DNA of 64,000 bases from Desulfobacterales bacterium (GTDB lineage Bacteria > Desulfobacterota > Desulfobacteria > Desulfobacterales > UBA5852), in NCBI GenBank assembly GCA_963674755.2, contig CAXXVS010000001.1, forward strand, positions 32,001-96,000. Direction: 5' to 3'. Shown here piece by piece: positions 1 through 9,465 of this stretch. The translations under genes were made by a program, and so were the position numbers. The first letter of the stretch is position 1, and every line of letters begins with the position of its first letter. The notes beneath the pieces were generated by a model. That model had not been told where the DNA came from and did not search any database. It was given only the letters and a program-made list of their open reading frames with translations.

Positions 1-1
1 C

Positions 2-2647
2 CGTGCGGCCCTCCTCCTCCAGGGTGCGCAGCTGTTCGTTATTGATGCCGTTTTGCTCCAGGCTTTGCAGCCGCGGATCAAGCAGACGCCACATGTCCTG
101 GGCCGCATGAAATTCGGTGTGGTAGAGGCGGGGCCAATTTTCGACCAGGTAGCCGATGCCCTCGGAGCGCCGGGGTGTGGCGTTGGTGAGAATCAATTTT
201 TTGTTCAGAACCGAATCCGAGAGGGTCAGTTTGAAGCGCGTCTCCGGTTCCAGGTAGAGGCTTGTGAGAATGGAAGCACGCGTATCGATACGGCTCCACC
301 AATAGCGCAACGGTTGGGCTTCCAGGCGGCCGTCCAGCAGGTCGATTTTGGTCATATAGTGAAAGCTGCGGGGGGCCAGCAGATCGAATAGCGTGGTCTG
401 GTGGCAGGCAAACATGATGAGATCGGTTTCCATCTGGTTGCGCTGCATTTTTACGCGATAGGCGCTTTTACCGGTGGCTTTTTTATCGATGGCCCACAGG
501 GTTTGCCCGGTGGCGGGATCGAAACGGTACGCCTCCAGGATGACCTTGTCATAGACGAGCTTTTTGTCGGATAGGCCACGGAGTTCGAAGCGGCCCATCT
601 GGTCGACCATGAGGTGGTACCGGGCCGGTCCCTGGAAGGCCAGAATCATCGTACCCGGCGCGGGGAGTTCGGCAAACAGCTCGCCGTGCCGGATGAACTT
701 GGCGCGACCGGTCAGCGTGGAGAGCCCGTCGCGGGGGTATTCGTCGGAATGCAGGACCGGCTGGCCGGCCAGTTTATGCACCAGCGCGGATACCAGGCGA
801 CTTTGCCGGGCGGCAAAGGACCAGTCGATTTTCCCCATCGTGTCCCAAGGGGTTCCCCAATGGTCGCGAATGTCATGGGTGGTCGCCAGGGAAATGCCGT
901 GCAGGCCTGCCATGGCGCTGATTTCACCGCCCATCGGCGGGTGATCGGGAAGATAGCTCTGCCAGGATTTAATACGGCTGGGGCGCAGGCTGTCTTTAAA
1001 GAGGGACGGAAGCCCGTTCTCCGCTTCGACCGTGGCCGCACTCTCCCGGAGGACATCGGCCAGAACGCTGTAAGGGGCTGTCATGGCGCTGGCGCGCTGG
1101 GGCCGCAGGGCATAGTGCCAGCCCTGGTTGAAGGCGCCCAGGCCGTCGCCATGGCTTGACAGGTGGAGCGAAATCAGAATAGCCAGGTCGTGGTCGCGGA
1201 CCACCCGCCGGAAGGCCATGACGTCCTTGAGAAGAGTGAGTTGCTGGCGAGCGTCCGCGGCGACGGCCCTGGCTTGGGCGCGTGCCCCGGGAATCAGCCG
1301 GTCGAGCATCTCCCGCTCGGGGCTGCTCAGTGCGCTAAAACGGCTTTTCCAGCTCAACTGCCGCAGGAGCCGGCGCTGATCCGCCAGGGCCCGGATCGTA
1401 TGGTCTTCCTTGGAAGGATCCGCTTTCAAGCGAAGCCGCATCAGGCGGCGGGAAACCTGGTCGGATTCGGTCTTGATGGCATCGAGCATCGCCCTGACGA
1501 GGTCTTGGTCCGGGGTCTCATCCGCCAGGGCCGCCAGACGCAATTTTTGGGCTACTTTGTCGGCCAGTTTGGCATCATCGGATAACTGCTTGCGTTTGAT
1601 GATAAATTCTTTGGATTTGGCATGCAGGCTCCACACGGCCTCCCGCATCCCGGCCAGCCCCTGGGCGTGGCCGGCGGTGGCCAGCAGGAGCACCGCGCGG
1701 GACGGCGGGTGGTGTTTCAAATAACGGGCCAGCTCCAGGAGGGCGGCAATGCTGCCGGCTTCATCGGCCCCCGGTGAGACCCCTGCGACATAGGACGTGC
1801 TGTCGTAGAAGGCCTCCACCACGATGAGCTCCTCCCGCAGGGCGTCGTCCCGGCCCGGAACCAGGGCGTAGATGTTGTCGGCCAAGACGTTCTGCCAGGC
1901 AATCGGGGCAGTGAGATGCACCGCGCTGCGCAAGAGGCCCGGTGCCAAGGGATTGTCGCGGGCCAGATTGGCCTGCAGCGCTTCATAGGTCACCCAGAAC
2001 CGCGGGAAGTCGATGGGGGTCAATTCGTATTTTTCATAAAACAGCGGCCGCCGGGAGGCCCCCCGATCGATGTAAATCAAGGCCCGGGCACCCAGATTGG
2101 CGGCGTTCTGCCAGTTCTTGCCGGAGGTCATTTCCATGAGGACGATGGCATTGTGCACATCGAGGCCGTTGAAGTCGGCCAGGTTGCCAGGTCCGACATA
2201 GATCAGCGGCCCCCGGACGCCTTCGGGAGGAAGGGTGCCCGGCGAAATGCTATTGGCCAGCAGCGGCCGCAAGGGCAGGGGCGGCGTGTCGGAATCGAGG
2301 CGCAGGGTACTCCCGTGGTCCTGGCGGACAGGCACCTGCAGCCGGAAGCGTCCCACGGTGTCATAGCCTTGTTCCTGGAAGACCTGCTGGATGTAATCGG
2401 CGGCCTGGCGGGCGCCGTCGCTGCCCGTACGGCGGTCGCCGTAGGCGGACAGGATCCGGATGTCGTCGGTCAGCGCCGCTGGCCCGGCCGCCCCGGCGGG
2501 TTTGCCAGGAAGGAGCCACACCAGCAGCAAGGCCAGGCAGATGATGGCCGCTCCGCGATACAGAGAGGGCAACGGCAAGGGGTGCCGCTCTGCCGGCACG
2601 GCGCAGAGTTTCCGGGTCGGCAGAGCATGGGCGGATATACGCAGCAT
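2..2647 (-). CDS. Large exported/membrane protein with M28 peptidase-like domain (probable M28-FtsX permease family); runs off the left edge
   Basis: Absent from the ORF track because its stop lies outside the window. ATG at 2647 lies just downstream of the ABC ATPase stop; translation MLRISAH...AAIICLALLLVWLLP (signal/TM)...DRRTGSDGARQAADYI...VEAFYDSTSYVAGVSPGADEAGSIAALLELARY (M28-type motif). Confidence 0.75.
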   Translation of the reverse strand, partial: MLRISAHALPTRKLCAVPAERHPLPLPSLYRGAAIICLALLLVWLLPGKPAGAAGPAALTDDIRILSAYGDRRTGSDGARQAADYIQQVFQEQGYDTVGRFRLQVPVRQDHGSTLRLDSDTPPLPLRPLLANSISPGTLPPEGVRGPLIYVGPGNLADFNGLDVHNAIVLMEMTSGKNWQNAANLGARALIYIDRGASRRPLFYEKYELTPIDFPRFWVTYEALQANLARDNPLAPGLLRSAVHLTAPIAWQNVLADNIYALVPGRDDALREELIVVEAFYDSTSYVAGVSPGADEAGSIAALLELARYLKHHPPSRAVLLLATAGHAQGLAGMREAVWSLHAKSKEFIIKRKQLSDDAKLADKVAQKLRLAALADETPDQDLVRAMLDAIKTESDQVSRRLMRLRLKADPSKEDHTIRALADQRRLLRQLSWKSRFSALSSPEREMLDRLIPGARAQARAVAADARQQLTLLKDVMAFRRVVRDHDLAILISLHLSSHGDGLGAFNQGWHYALRPQRASAMTAPYSVLADVLRESAATVEAENGLPSLFKDSLRPSRIKSWQSYLPDHPPMGGEISAMAGLHGISLATTHDIRDHWGTPWDTMGKIDWSFAARQSRLVSALVHKLAGQPVLHSDEYPRDGLSTLTGRAKFIRHGELFAELPAPGTMILAFQGPARYHLMVDQMGRFELRGLSDKKLVYDKVILEAYRFDPATGQTLWAIDKKATGKSAYRVKMQRNQMETDLIMFACHQTTLFDLLAPRSFHYMTKIDLLDGRLEAQPLRYWWSRIDTRASILTSLYLEPETRFKLTLSDSVLNKKLILTNATPRRSEGIGYLVENWPRLYHTEFHAAQDMWRLLDPRLQSLEQNGINNEQLRTLEEEGRT

Positions 2648-2651
2648 GGGG

Positions 2652-3395
2652 TTAGGCTCCCGCCCGGGCATCGATGCGGCCCACGGAAATGGTCAATTCT
2701 TCCCGGCTTTCGATTTTATCGATTTGTCCGTCGCGGATCCAGACCACCTGATCCGAGACATTGAGCATCTTGATGTCGTGGGTGGCGGAAATAATGGTCA
2801 CGCCCCGTTCGTGGCTGAGATTTTTCAACAGGGTGATGATCTCTTCGCCCGTCGTCAGATCGAGGTTGCCGGTGGGCTCATCCGCCAGGATGATGGCAGG
2901 ATCGTTGGCCAGGGCCCGGGCCACGGCCACGCGTTGCTGCTGACCGCCCGAGAGTTCGAAAGGTTTGTGCTGAAAACGATCCGCCAGCCCCACCAGACCA
3001 AGCAGTTCCATGCCCTTCTCCACCGCCCGTTCGCTGCGCATGCCGGCAAAGGTCATGGGCAGGGTGACGTTTTCCAGGGCGGTCATGACCTGGATAATGT
3101 TGAACGTCTGGAAAATATAGCCGATCTTGCGGCACCGCAGCCAGGCCAGCTCGTAGGCATCGAGCTGGGAAATGTCCACCTCGTCGATGAACACTTTCCC
3201 GGTGGAAGGTTTGTCCAGCCCGCCGATCATGTTGAACAGGGTGCTTTTGCCGGATCCCGAAGGTCCCATGATGGAGATGTACTGGCCGGTGGGGATTTCG
3301 AGGGTGACACCCTTCAGCGCCTGGACGGTGACCTTGCCCATCTGAAACGTTTTGGTGACATTGGAAACGCGCACAATATTTTTGATGTTGGACAT
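2652..3395 (-). CDS. ABC transporter ATP-binding protein (LolD/MacB-like)
   Basis: GPSGSGKST Walker A, LSGGQQQRVA signature, ILADEPTGNLD Walker B; start reassigned to MSNIKNIV at 3395. Confidence 0.93.
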   Translation of the reverse strand: MSNIKNIVRVSNVTKTFQMGKVTVQALKGVTLEIPTGQYISIMGPSGSGKSTLFNMIGGLDKPSTGKVFIDEVDISQLDAYELAWLRCRKIGYIFQTFNIIQVMTALENVTLPMTFAGMRSERAVEKGMELLGLVGLADRFQHKPFELSGGQQQRVAVARALANDPAIILADEPTGNLDLTTGEEIITLLKNLSHERGVTIISATHDIKMLNVSDQVVWIRDGQIDKIESREELTISVGRIDARAGA

Positions 3396-3457
3396 GGCGG
3401 TCCTTCCCTTAAGGGCGTGAAGGGGGGCGGCGCCGGACGGCAGGCGTCCGCCGGTCG

Positions 3458-4156
3458 TCAATGCTCCACACGCATGGCTTCCACCGGTTGCATACGGGCG
3501 GCCACGAAAGCCGGATAGAGAACACCCACAACGCTCAGCAGACACCCTACCCCGGTCGCCACAGCAATGGAAAGGACGATGTCCGCAGCCGACGGTGTGG
3601 TCAAGGCCTGGAGTCCGAAATGAAGCGTGTTGCTGGCGAGGGCAAACGCGGCCCCGGTCAGCGCACCGAGGCCGGCCCCGGCCAGGCCCTGCATGACCGC
3701 CTCCAAAAGGAACAGGCGAAGGATGAAGCGGTCCAGGGCCCCCAGGCATTTCATGGTGCCGATTTCCCGGAATCGTTCGGTGACGGCCATCAGCTGGGCG
3801 TTGACGATGCCCACCACACAGACCAGCAGTGAGAGCACGACGATCCAACGCTGCTTGGGGCTGCTGTCGGCCCGGGTGTCTTCCGGACCGAGGTCGTAGC
3901 CTGAGCGGATCAGGGCCTGCCGCAAGGTGGGGTCACCGGTGGACAGCAGCCCGTTGGCCACATCGGTGCCGACGGACACGAAACTCAGAAACGAAACCGC
4001 CAGCACCAGACTCATGGTGGTGATCAGGGAACGGAAGAAGCGCACCCGAATACTGTTGAAGGCAATTTCAAGCGATTTGCCCATGGGCAGAACGACCTGC
4101 CGATGAATGCGCGGCGTCTCACCCAGCGTGGCAATGGTCTCCTCGGACGTCGTCAT
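3458..4156 (-). CDS. ABC transporter permease, FtsX-like
   Basis: VTERFREIGTMKCLGA and PAFVAARMQPVEAMR FtsX motifs, several TM helices; start MTTSEE chosen (ORF extends to 4237). Confidence 0.88.
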   Translation of the reverse strand: MTTSEETIATLGETPRIHRQVVLPMGKSLEIAFNSIRVRFFRSLITTMSLVLAVSFLSFVSVGTDVANGLLSTGDPTLRQALIRSGYDLGPEDTRADSSPKQRWIVVLSLLVCVVGIVNAQLMAVTERFREIGTMKCLGALDRFILRLFLLEAVMQGLAGAGLGALTGAAFALASNTLHFGLQALTTPSAADIVLSIAVATGVGCLLSVVGVLYPAFVAARMQPVEAMRVEH

Positions 4157-4202
4157 GGGCCTACCGAAGCTTTCTGCGCCCCACCCGCCGGGGGCGCCTT
4201 GA

Positions 4203-5792
4203 TCACGTCTTATTGATGCGATTTTCTCCGCGGGCATGCCGCGCCTGTCGATGCCTTTGCTTGCGCTGGTGGTCTTCCCAGTCGGATTTGATTTTGTGGG
4301 TGCGTACCCGATTGAAGCGTAGCGGTAGCAATTTTACAGCGATACCGTATTGCCGCAGCTGGCCGGCGGTGAACATTTCGGCCGTGACCGGCGGTGCGGA
4401 CGGACTGGCGGAGACCCAGGTCCGGATATAGGTCGGCCAATCATCGAACTTGTTCATATAGATAGTCATATTTTCGGGGTTGCCAATGGCCAGGCGGTCG
4501 TTGCAACCCTCGTACATATGAAAGTCGGGCACATGCAGGTAGTTCAGATCGAGGGTTGCCAGCGCGGGCAGCGGCGTCTCGAAAAGCAGGTCCGGACGGC
4601 CGCGCAGGACGACGTCGTAGCGGATGCCGTGTTCCTTTGCATAGGTCTGGCGCAGCCGGTTGCACATTTTCAGGCCGTAAAGCTGCTGGAGATAACCCTG
4701 CAGGCCGACTTTGAGCAGGCAGTCGCGGCCGTTTTGCAGGCCGCCTTCATCCAAGGGGTGATCGGCAACCACCCGGAGGACGGTCGGGTTCAACAGGGAT
4801 GCGAAACGGGCATCTTCATCCTCCGGAACATACATGAAAAGGTCGTAGCGGCCAAGGGGGGCGAGCAGATTCGTCCGAATCGAACGATAGGTCCGGTCAA
4901 GGCCGCAACAGCGCCCCGAGAGGCATACGGCGACCCGCGGGGAAGGCCCCACGGTGACGGCGGGCCGGGGTCTGATGGATTCCAGCTGCCGATGTTTGAT
5001 CAGCGGATGGTTCGTCCGCCAGTGCCGGGCAAGCTCGGATGGGGTGATACGATAGGAGCAATCTTTTTTACGCGGTTTTCCCGGTGCCGGCGTGGGGCTG
5101 TTGGGGGTTTCGGTATTCAGGGCCGGACGCAAGGCGTCCCTGAGAGCGGTGGCCAGAAAGGTGGTGGGAATCGACCAATATTTTTTACGCTGGAAATAAC
5201 CCCTGCGGCGGGCGTTGGTGGTGGTGACCAGATTACATTGAATCCGGTGGGGGTGATAGAGCAGGCTCGCCATATGATTGATGAGGTGCTGGGAGTAGAG
5301 CCAGGACTCGCTGTCAAACCCGGTGTAATAGGGCAGGAGAAACGAGAGGGTCTCCCGGTGGAAGGCGTTGAAAAGCCCGTCGATGTTGTGTCCGAGGTTG
5401 ACGGCGCAGCCCTTTTCGTAATGCTGCCAGTCGTAGCGCGTGTAGCCCACCGCTGGCTCCCACTCCAGAAGAAAACGCTCGAAGGTCCGAAAGGGGTTGC
5501 CGCTCAGGGAGATACCGAGTTGTCGGGCCAGGGCTGCGTCTTCCCGCACGACGCAGTCGTCATCCATGAAAATATAGTAGAGGTAGTCGTTACCCGTGGC
5601 GCGGGTGCGCTCCCGGGCTTCCCACAGCAGCCGGTTGCGTCCTTCGTTCCAGCTGGACCCCGGCAAATAAAGCGTGCCGCCCCGGGGGGCGGGGACCTGC
5701 CAGTTCAGCACGATCCGGTCGCAGGCCGGATCGGGGATTTCCGGGTAGGGAATGCCCGAGGCCGTCTGGATGAGATAGATGAACGGCTTCAT
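4203..5792 (-). CDS. Two-domain putative glycosyltransferase-like protein
   Basis: N-domain YLYYIFMDDD (DxD-like); C-domain VAVCLSGR...YDVVLRGRPDL...NDRLAIG typical of GT-A-like uncharacterised families; tightly packed in the operon. Confidence 0.6.
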   Translation of the reverse strand: MKPFIYLIQTASGIPYPEIPDPACDRIVLNWQVPAPRGGTLYLPGSSWNEGRNRLLWEARERTRATGNDYLYYIFMDDDCVVREDAALARQLGISLSGNPFRTFERFLLEWEPAVGYTRYDWQHYEKGCAVNLGHNIDGLFNAFHRETLSFLLPYYTGFDSESWLYSQHLINHMASLLYHPHRIQCNLVTTTNARRRGYFQRKKYWSIPTTFLATALRDALRPALNTETPNSPTPAPGKPRKKDCSYRITPSELARHWRTNHPLIKHRQLESIRPRPAVTVGPSPRVAVCLSGRCCGLDRTYRSIRTNLLAPLGRYDLFMYVPEDEDARFASLLNPTVLRVVADHPLDEGGLQNGRDCLLKVGLQGYLQQLYGLKMCNRLRQTYAKEHGIRYDVVLRGRPDLLFETPLPALATLDLNYLHVPDFHMYEGCNDRLAIGNPENMTIYMNKFDDWPTYIRTWVSASPSAPPVTAEMFTAGQLRQYGIAVKLLPLRFNRVRTHKIKSDWEDHQRKQRHRQARHARGENRINKT

Positions 5793-5796
5793 CGGG

Positions 5797-6798
5797 TCAG
5801 TCCGCCTCCAGGGCGGCCGTGTCTTCCAACCAGGCCGTCAAAAGGTCGAGCTCCCTTTCCGGGACAAGGGCCGCCCGGGCCAGGTTTGCATAGACGGTAA
5901 AGAGATTGTCGCTGATGGAGGCCTCCGTCCGAACGTCTTCCTGCACCAAAGACATGATGCGTTCCGCTTCCATATAGAGGGGCAATTCGGAAGCAAAGTC
6001 GGCCTGCAAAACATGGGCATTGCGCGCCTGCCGGACGGTGGGGCCGGAAAAGCCCAGGTGATAGCCGGCGGCCCACAGGATGGGTTGGGCCACATAGCCC
6101 CGCAGGATGTCCGTGACCCGGAAATTCACATGGGCCGGCAGGTACATCAGGGGCAGCAGTTCCCGCCGGAAGGCGGTGTTTTGAGAGTTGAAGGGGGAGA
6201 AGGTGCCCGGCGGGAGCACCACCGGATCCCGCCGGGCAAACCGGCAGGGCCGGTTGACGGTGAGCCGGTAGATGGCGTCCACGTCCGGGTCGTCGTCGGC
6301 CAGGGCCTGCCAGATACCGATGCGCACCGGTTGGGCCGTCAAGGCCGCCGGGTCGATGGCGGATTCCGGGGCCGTGATGCGGGTCAACGGGAACCCCCGG
6401 GGCCAGATCGACTGACGGGTGAAAAGGCTGTAAATATTGACCGCCTCGCATCCGGCCGGAATCTGGGCATAGACGCCGTTGAATTCAGGAAAGGTCCAAG
6501 CCCCCTCCGGCAGGTTGTCGTCGTCGCTTTCGGCGACCAACGGCGTACCTTCCCGGGCGGCCAGCAGATAGCCGATCATCTTGCGGGCGTAATGGTTCCA
6601 GGGCAGTTCCGGGATGATCCGGAAGCCGAGGGTTTCCTGTTGGGCCGTGGAAACGAAGCGCACCCCGGGGCAGTGCCAGTCCCGGGGGGTTTTTAAATCG
6701 CCCACCACGAGCACGTCCCAGTCTTCCAGGGCCGCAAATTGCCTCACGGCCGGCGTGGGCGGATGGATGGATGTCAACACTACGGTGTTCTTCATCAT
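5797..6798 (-). CDS. STELLO/DUF288-like glycosyltransferase (GT75/RGP-related)
   Basis: VLTSIHPPT, VVGDLKTP, YARKMIGYL, ESDDDN, IWPRGFPL, DPDVDAIYRL, PFNSQNT, RVTDILRGY motifs; ATGA overlap with the upstream gene. Confidence 0.82.
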   Translation of the reverse strand: MMKNTVVLTSIHPPTPAVRQFAALEDWDVLVVGDLKTPRDWHCPGVRFVSTAQQETLGFRIIPELPWNHYARKMIGYLLAAREGTPLVAESDDDNLPEGAWTFPEFNGVYAQIPAGCEAVNIYSLFTRQSIWPRGFPLTRITAPESAIDPAALTAQPVRIGIWQALADDDPDVDAIYRLTVNRPCRFARRDPVVLPPGTFSPFNSQNTAFRRELLPLMYLPAHVNFRVTDILRGYVAQPILWAAGYHLGFSGPTVRQARNAHVLQADFASELPLYMEAERIMSLVQEDVRTEASISDNLFTVYANLARAALVPERELDLLTAWLEDTAALEAD

Positions 6799-7574
6799 GG
6801 GATCAGGTCCCGCATATCCACGACGGTCAGGCGCGGATGCTGGCTCAGGATTTCCAGCAAGCGCTCCAGAAAAGCGAAGGCGGCCGCGTTCATGCGCTGA
6901 TGGTGAATCATGATGCCGCACCTGGGTCGGCTCAAGCCCTGGGTGAGGGCTTCTTTCAATCGCTGCCAGCCCACGGCGGCGGGGGCCCGGTCGGTATGCA
7001 AATCGACGCTGACCGGAAGATCAGGAAGCCCCGGCGGTGCGGGGGGGCGGCTGCCCCGGCTGCGTGAAACCGCCTTATAGCCCATTTCCTCCAATAGCGC
7101 CAAGGTGGTTTCCGAACAGCGGTTCCAGGGGGGCGTGAACAGAGGGGTCAGGCGCGTTCCCATAATGGCCGCCAGACGCTCCCGGCCGTGGGTGAGGTCG
7201 CGGGCCAGGATCTCGCGGGACCGGGACGGGCCGAATTCCTGCTTTTTCCCCTCGGATTCGTGATTCCGGTGGCGCCATCCGTGCTGGTGCCAGCACCAAC
7301 GGTCCGGCCGGTCGCCGCCCATGGCGCACAGGGCCTGCCAGCGCGGTGCCGTCAGCCAGGCGGGCACCACCGCCAGGGCCAGCGGCAGGGCGTGACGATT
7401 GAAGAGCTCCAGCAGGCGCGCTATCTGCCGGCCGGGAACGGCCACATCGTCGGCGCGGAAAAAGACGGCCGTGGACGCCGGGTGCGGCTGATCGGCTTCC
7501 TGGCAGCAGGCTGTCAGTTGAAGCGTCCAGTCGGGGGGCAACCCCTGCCACAGCGCCGCGGGAGCCTGCTTCAC
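6795..7574 (-). CDS. Polysaccharide deacetylase family protein
   Basis: FFRADD, WHQHGWRH, FTPPWNR, GIMIHH CE4-like motifs; GTGA overlap with the upstream gene. Confidence 0.83.
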   Translation of the reverse strand: MKQAPAALWQGLPPDWTLQLTACCQEADQPHPASTAVFFRADDVAVPGRQIARLLELFNRHALPLALAVVPAWLTAPRWQALCAMGGDRPDRWCWHQHGWRHRNHESEGKKQEFGPSRSREILARDLTHGRERLAAIMGTRLTPLFTPPWNRCSETTLALLEEMGYKAVSRSRGSRPPAPPGLPDLPVSVDLHTDRAPAAVGWQRLKEALTQGLSRPRCGIMIHHQRMNAAAFAFLERLLEILSQHPRLTVVDMRDLIP

Positions 7575-8743
7575 GACGCACCTCCGGTCGAGGTGGGACG
7601 GGTGATCCAGCGGGCGGTGTTGGCCGCCCCGCGGATGTCGACCGCGGATACGCCGCCCGCATGAGAAGACGCGAGACATTTTTGCAGCCGGTCGGCCAAA
7701 CGGGCCGGCGCGAAGTCCTGGTCTTCAATAATACCTAACAGGCCCCGCTCGGCCAGAAGCCGCGCCCGCAGGCTCTGTTCGCGATTTTGGGCAAAGGGAT
7801 GGACCAGGGCAGGGACCCCGGTGGCCAGAATCGCCATGCAGGTATTGTAACCGGCCATGCTGATGGAAAGATCCGCCGCCTGCAGCCAGGCCGGAAGATC
7901 CGCCGTAAAACGGTCGATGGCGGTCCGCTGATCGCATCGCCGGCGGAGCTGTTCGACCTCCGCTTCCGCCATGAAAGGTCCGGTAAAGACCTGCACCCGC
8001 AGGGACCGGTCTTGCGGCACATGCCGGACCGCCCGGGTGACGGCGTCCAGCAGGGGATAGCCCACCGCCCCGCTGCCGGCGCTGACCACCACGAGGGCAT
8101 GGTCGGAGTTAAAGCCCAGGGCACGTTTCCCGGCCCGGCGGTCCCCGGCCGGCGCGACCGGCGGTGCCACGAAACCGGTATAAACGACCGGAATGCGGAT
8201 GTCGGCCATACGACTGAAGGTGGCGTCCAGCCGGATAACGGCGGGGTCGGCATGGACCAGCAGGGCATCGAACCAGCGGTTGAGCGTCGCCAGGGCGCGG
8301 GCTTCGTGGCGGGCCTGGTCCGTCTTCTCGACGAGGATGTCGCGGACGCTGCAGACCACCTGGCAAGACGGCAGGCGGCCGTTGCGGATGCCCTCCAAGA
8401 GAGGATCCAGCTCCGCCCGGAAAGCCTTGCGGCCCAGGGGGTAGAGTTCGACCAGGAAGAGGTCCGGTTTTTCCTCGGTCAGCACCTGTTCCATAACGAT
8501 CCGCCGCTGCTCCCGGGTTTGGGCCACCGAAAAGGCGCCGCCGGCGTGCAGGTTTTGAAAGGTCGCGTCCATGGCAAGCTCCGGCAGCTGCACGCGCTTC
8601 ACATTCGGTGGCAGCATGGCCGGGGTTTCCGGACCGCCGGAGATCAGAACCACGGGGTCCGGATCCAGCGCCCGACAGATTTCCAGGGTCCGGAAGAAAT
8701 GCCCGATCCCGAGGACATGCTGGCAATAGATGGCGGTCTTCAT
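7571..8743 (-). CDS. Glycosyltransferase, GT-B fold (COG4671 / GT28 C-terminal-like)
   Basis: YCQHVLGIGH N-terminus, SISMAGYNT, REQSLRA. Confidence 0.88.
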   Translation of the reverse strand: MKTAIYCQHVLGIGHFFRTLEICRALDPDPVVLISGGPETPAMLPPNVKRVQLPELAMDATFQNLHAGGAFSVAQTREQRRIVMEQVLTEEKPDLFLVELYPLGRKAFRAELDPLLEGIRNGRLPSCQVVCSVRDILVEKTDQARHEARALATLNRWFDALLVHADPAVIRLDATFSRMADIRIPVVYTGFVAPPVAPAGDRRAGKRALGFNSDHALVVVSAGSGAVGYPLLDAVTRAVRHVPQDRSLRVQVFTGPFMAEAEVEQLRRRCDQRTAIDRFTADLPAWLQAADLSISMAGYNTCMAILATGVPALVHPFAQNREQSLRARLLAERGLLGIIEDQDFAPARLADRLQKCLASSHAGGVSAVDIRGAANTARWITRPTSTGGAS

Positions 8744-9465
8744 TTAAGGCGCGCCCCCTCGGCCGCCGGCCGGGGTTCGAGGGCCAATGCGTTCATGTGT
8801 TCCAGCTCCAGGTCGTTGTCCCGCAAGACCAAGCGATGCAGGCAATAGGGCGCCATGCGTTCCACCGGCAGGCCGCAGTTTCGAAGGATGGCCAGGTGGT
8901 AGACAAGGCCTTTCATGAGGCCTTCATGGGTCACCACCAGCAGGCGCTGCCGGGGCCACTTCCGGCCCGCTTTCAGCAGCGCCCTGCGGGCCCGCGACAA
9001 GACATCGAGGTGCGATTCACCCCCGGGCGGGCAAAAGGACCAGCCGCGGGCCTCTTCCTGATGGAATCGTGCCCGGTGGCGGGTGCGAATGTCATCCATG
9101 GAACAGCCCGTCCAGGCGCCCCAGTCCTGCTCCCGCAAGCGATCATCGCTGCTCAGGGGCAGATGGAGGGTCTGGTTGATGCCGCGGGCCGTGGCGAGCG
9201 CCCGGCCGGTGTCACTGCTGAGCACCTGCTGAAGCGCGAGATCGGCCAGTTGCGGGCCCCAGCCGGTGGCCCACCGCTGGCCCTTTTCGGTCAGGGGCGA
9301 ATCGGCCTGCCCCTGAATGCGTCCGGCCGCGTTCCATTCGGTGGGGGCATGGCGCATGAGATAGAAGATCGTTTTCCGGTGTCGGGCCTGCGTCGCGTGC
9401 ATGGGGTTTCCGTTTTGGAGGTGTTCGTACAGGGCCGCCGATGGTGATACAGCGGTTGGCGTCAT
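8740..9465 (-). CDS. Histidine phosphatase (phosphoglycerate mutase family)
   Basis: YLMRHAPTEWN, SSDTGRALAT, LREQDWGAWTG, VVTHEG. Confidence 0.88.
   Translation of the reverse strand: MTPTAVSPSAALYEHLQNGNPMHATQARHRKTIFYLMRHAPTEWNAAGRIQGQADSPLTEKGQRWATGWGPQLADLALQQVLSSDTGRALATARGINQTLHLPLSSDDRLREQDWGAWTGCSMDDIRTRHRARFHQEEARGWSFCPPGGESHLDVLSRARRALLKAGRKWPRQRLLVVTHEGLMKGLVYHLAILRNCGLPVERMAPYCLHRLVLRDNDLELEHMNALALEPRPAAEGARLK

Noticed and set aside
53..2764. Several plus-strand ORFs (e.g. 614-1159, 1916-2764)
   Set aside because: Antisense shadows of the long minus-strand M28-domain gene; no motifs or SD.
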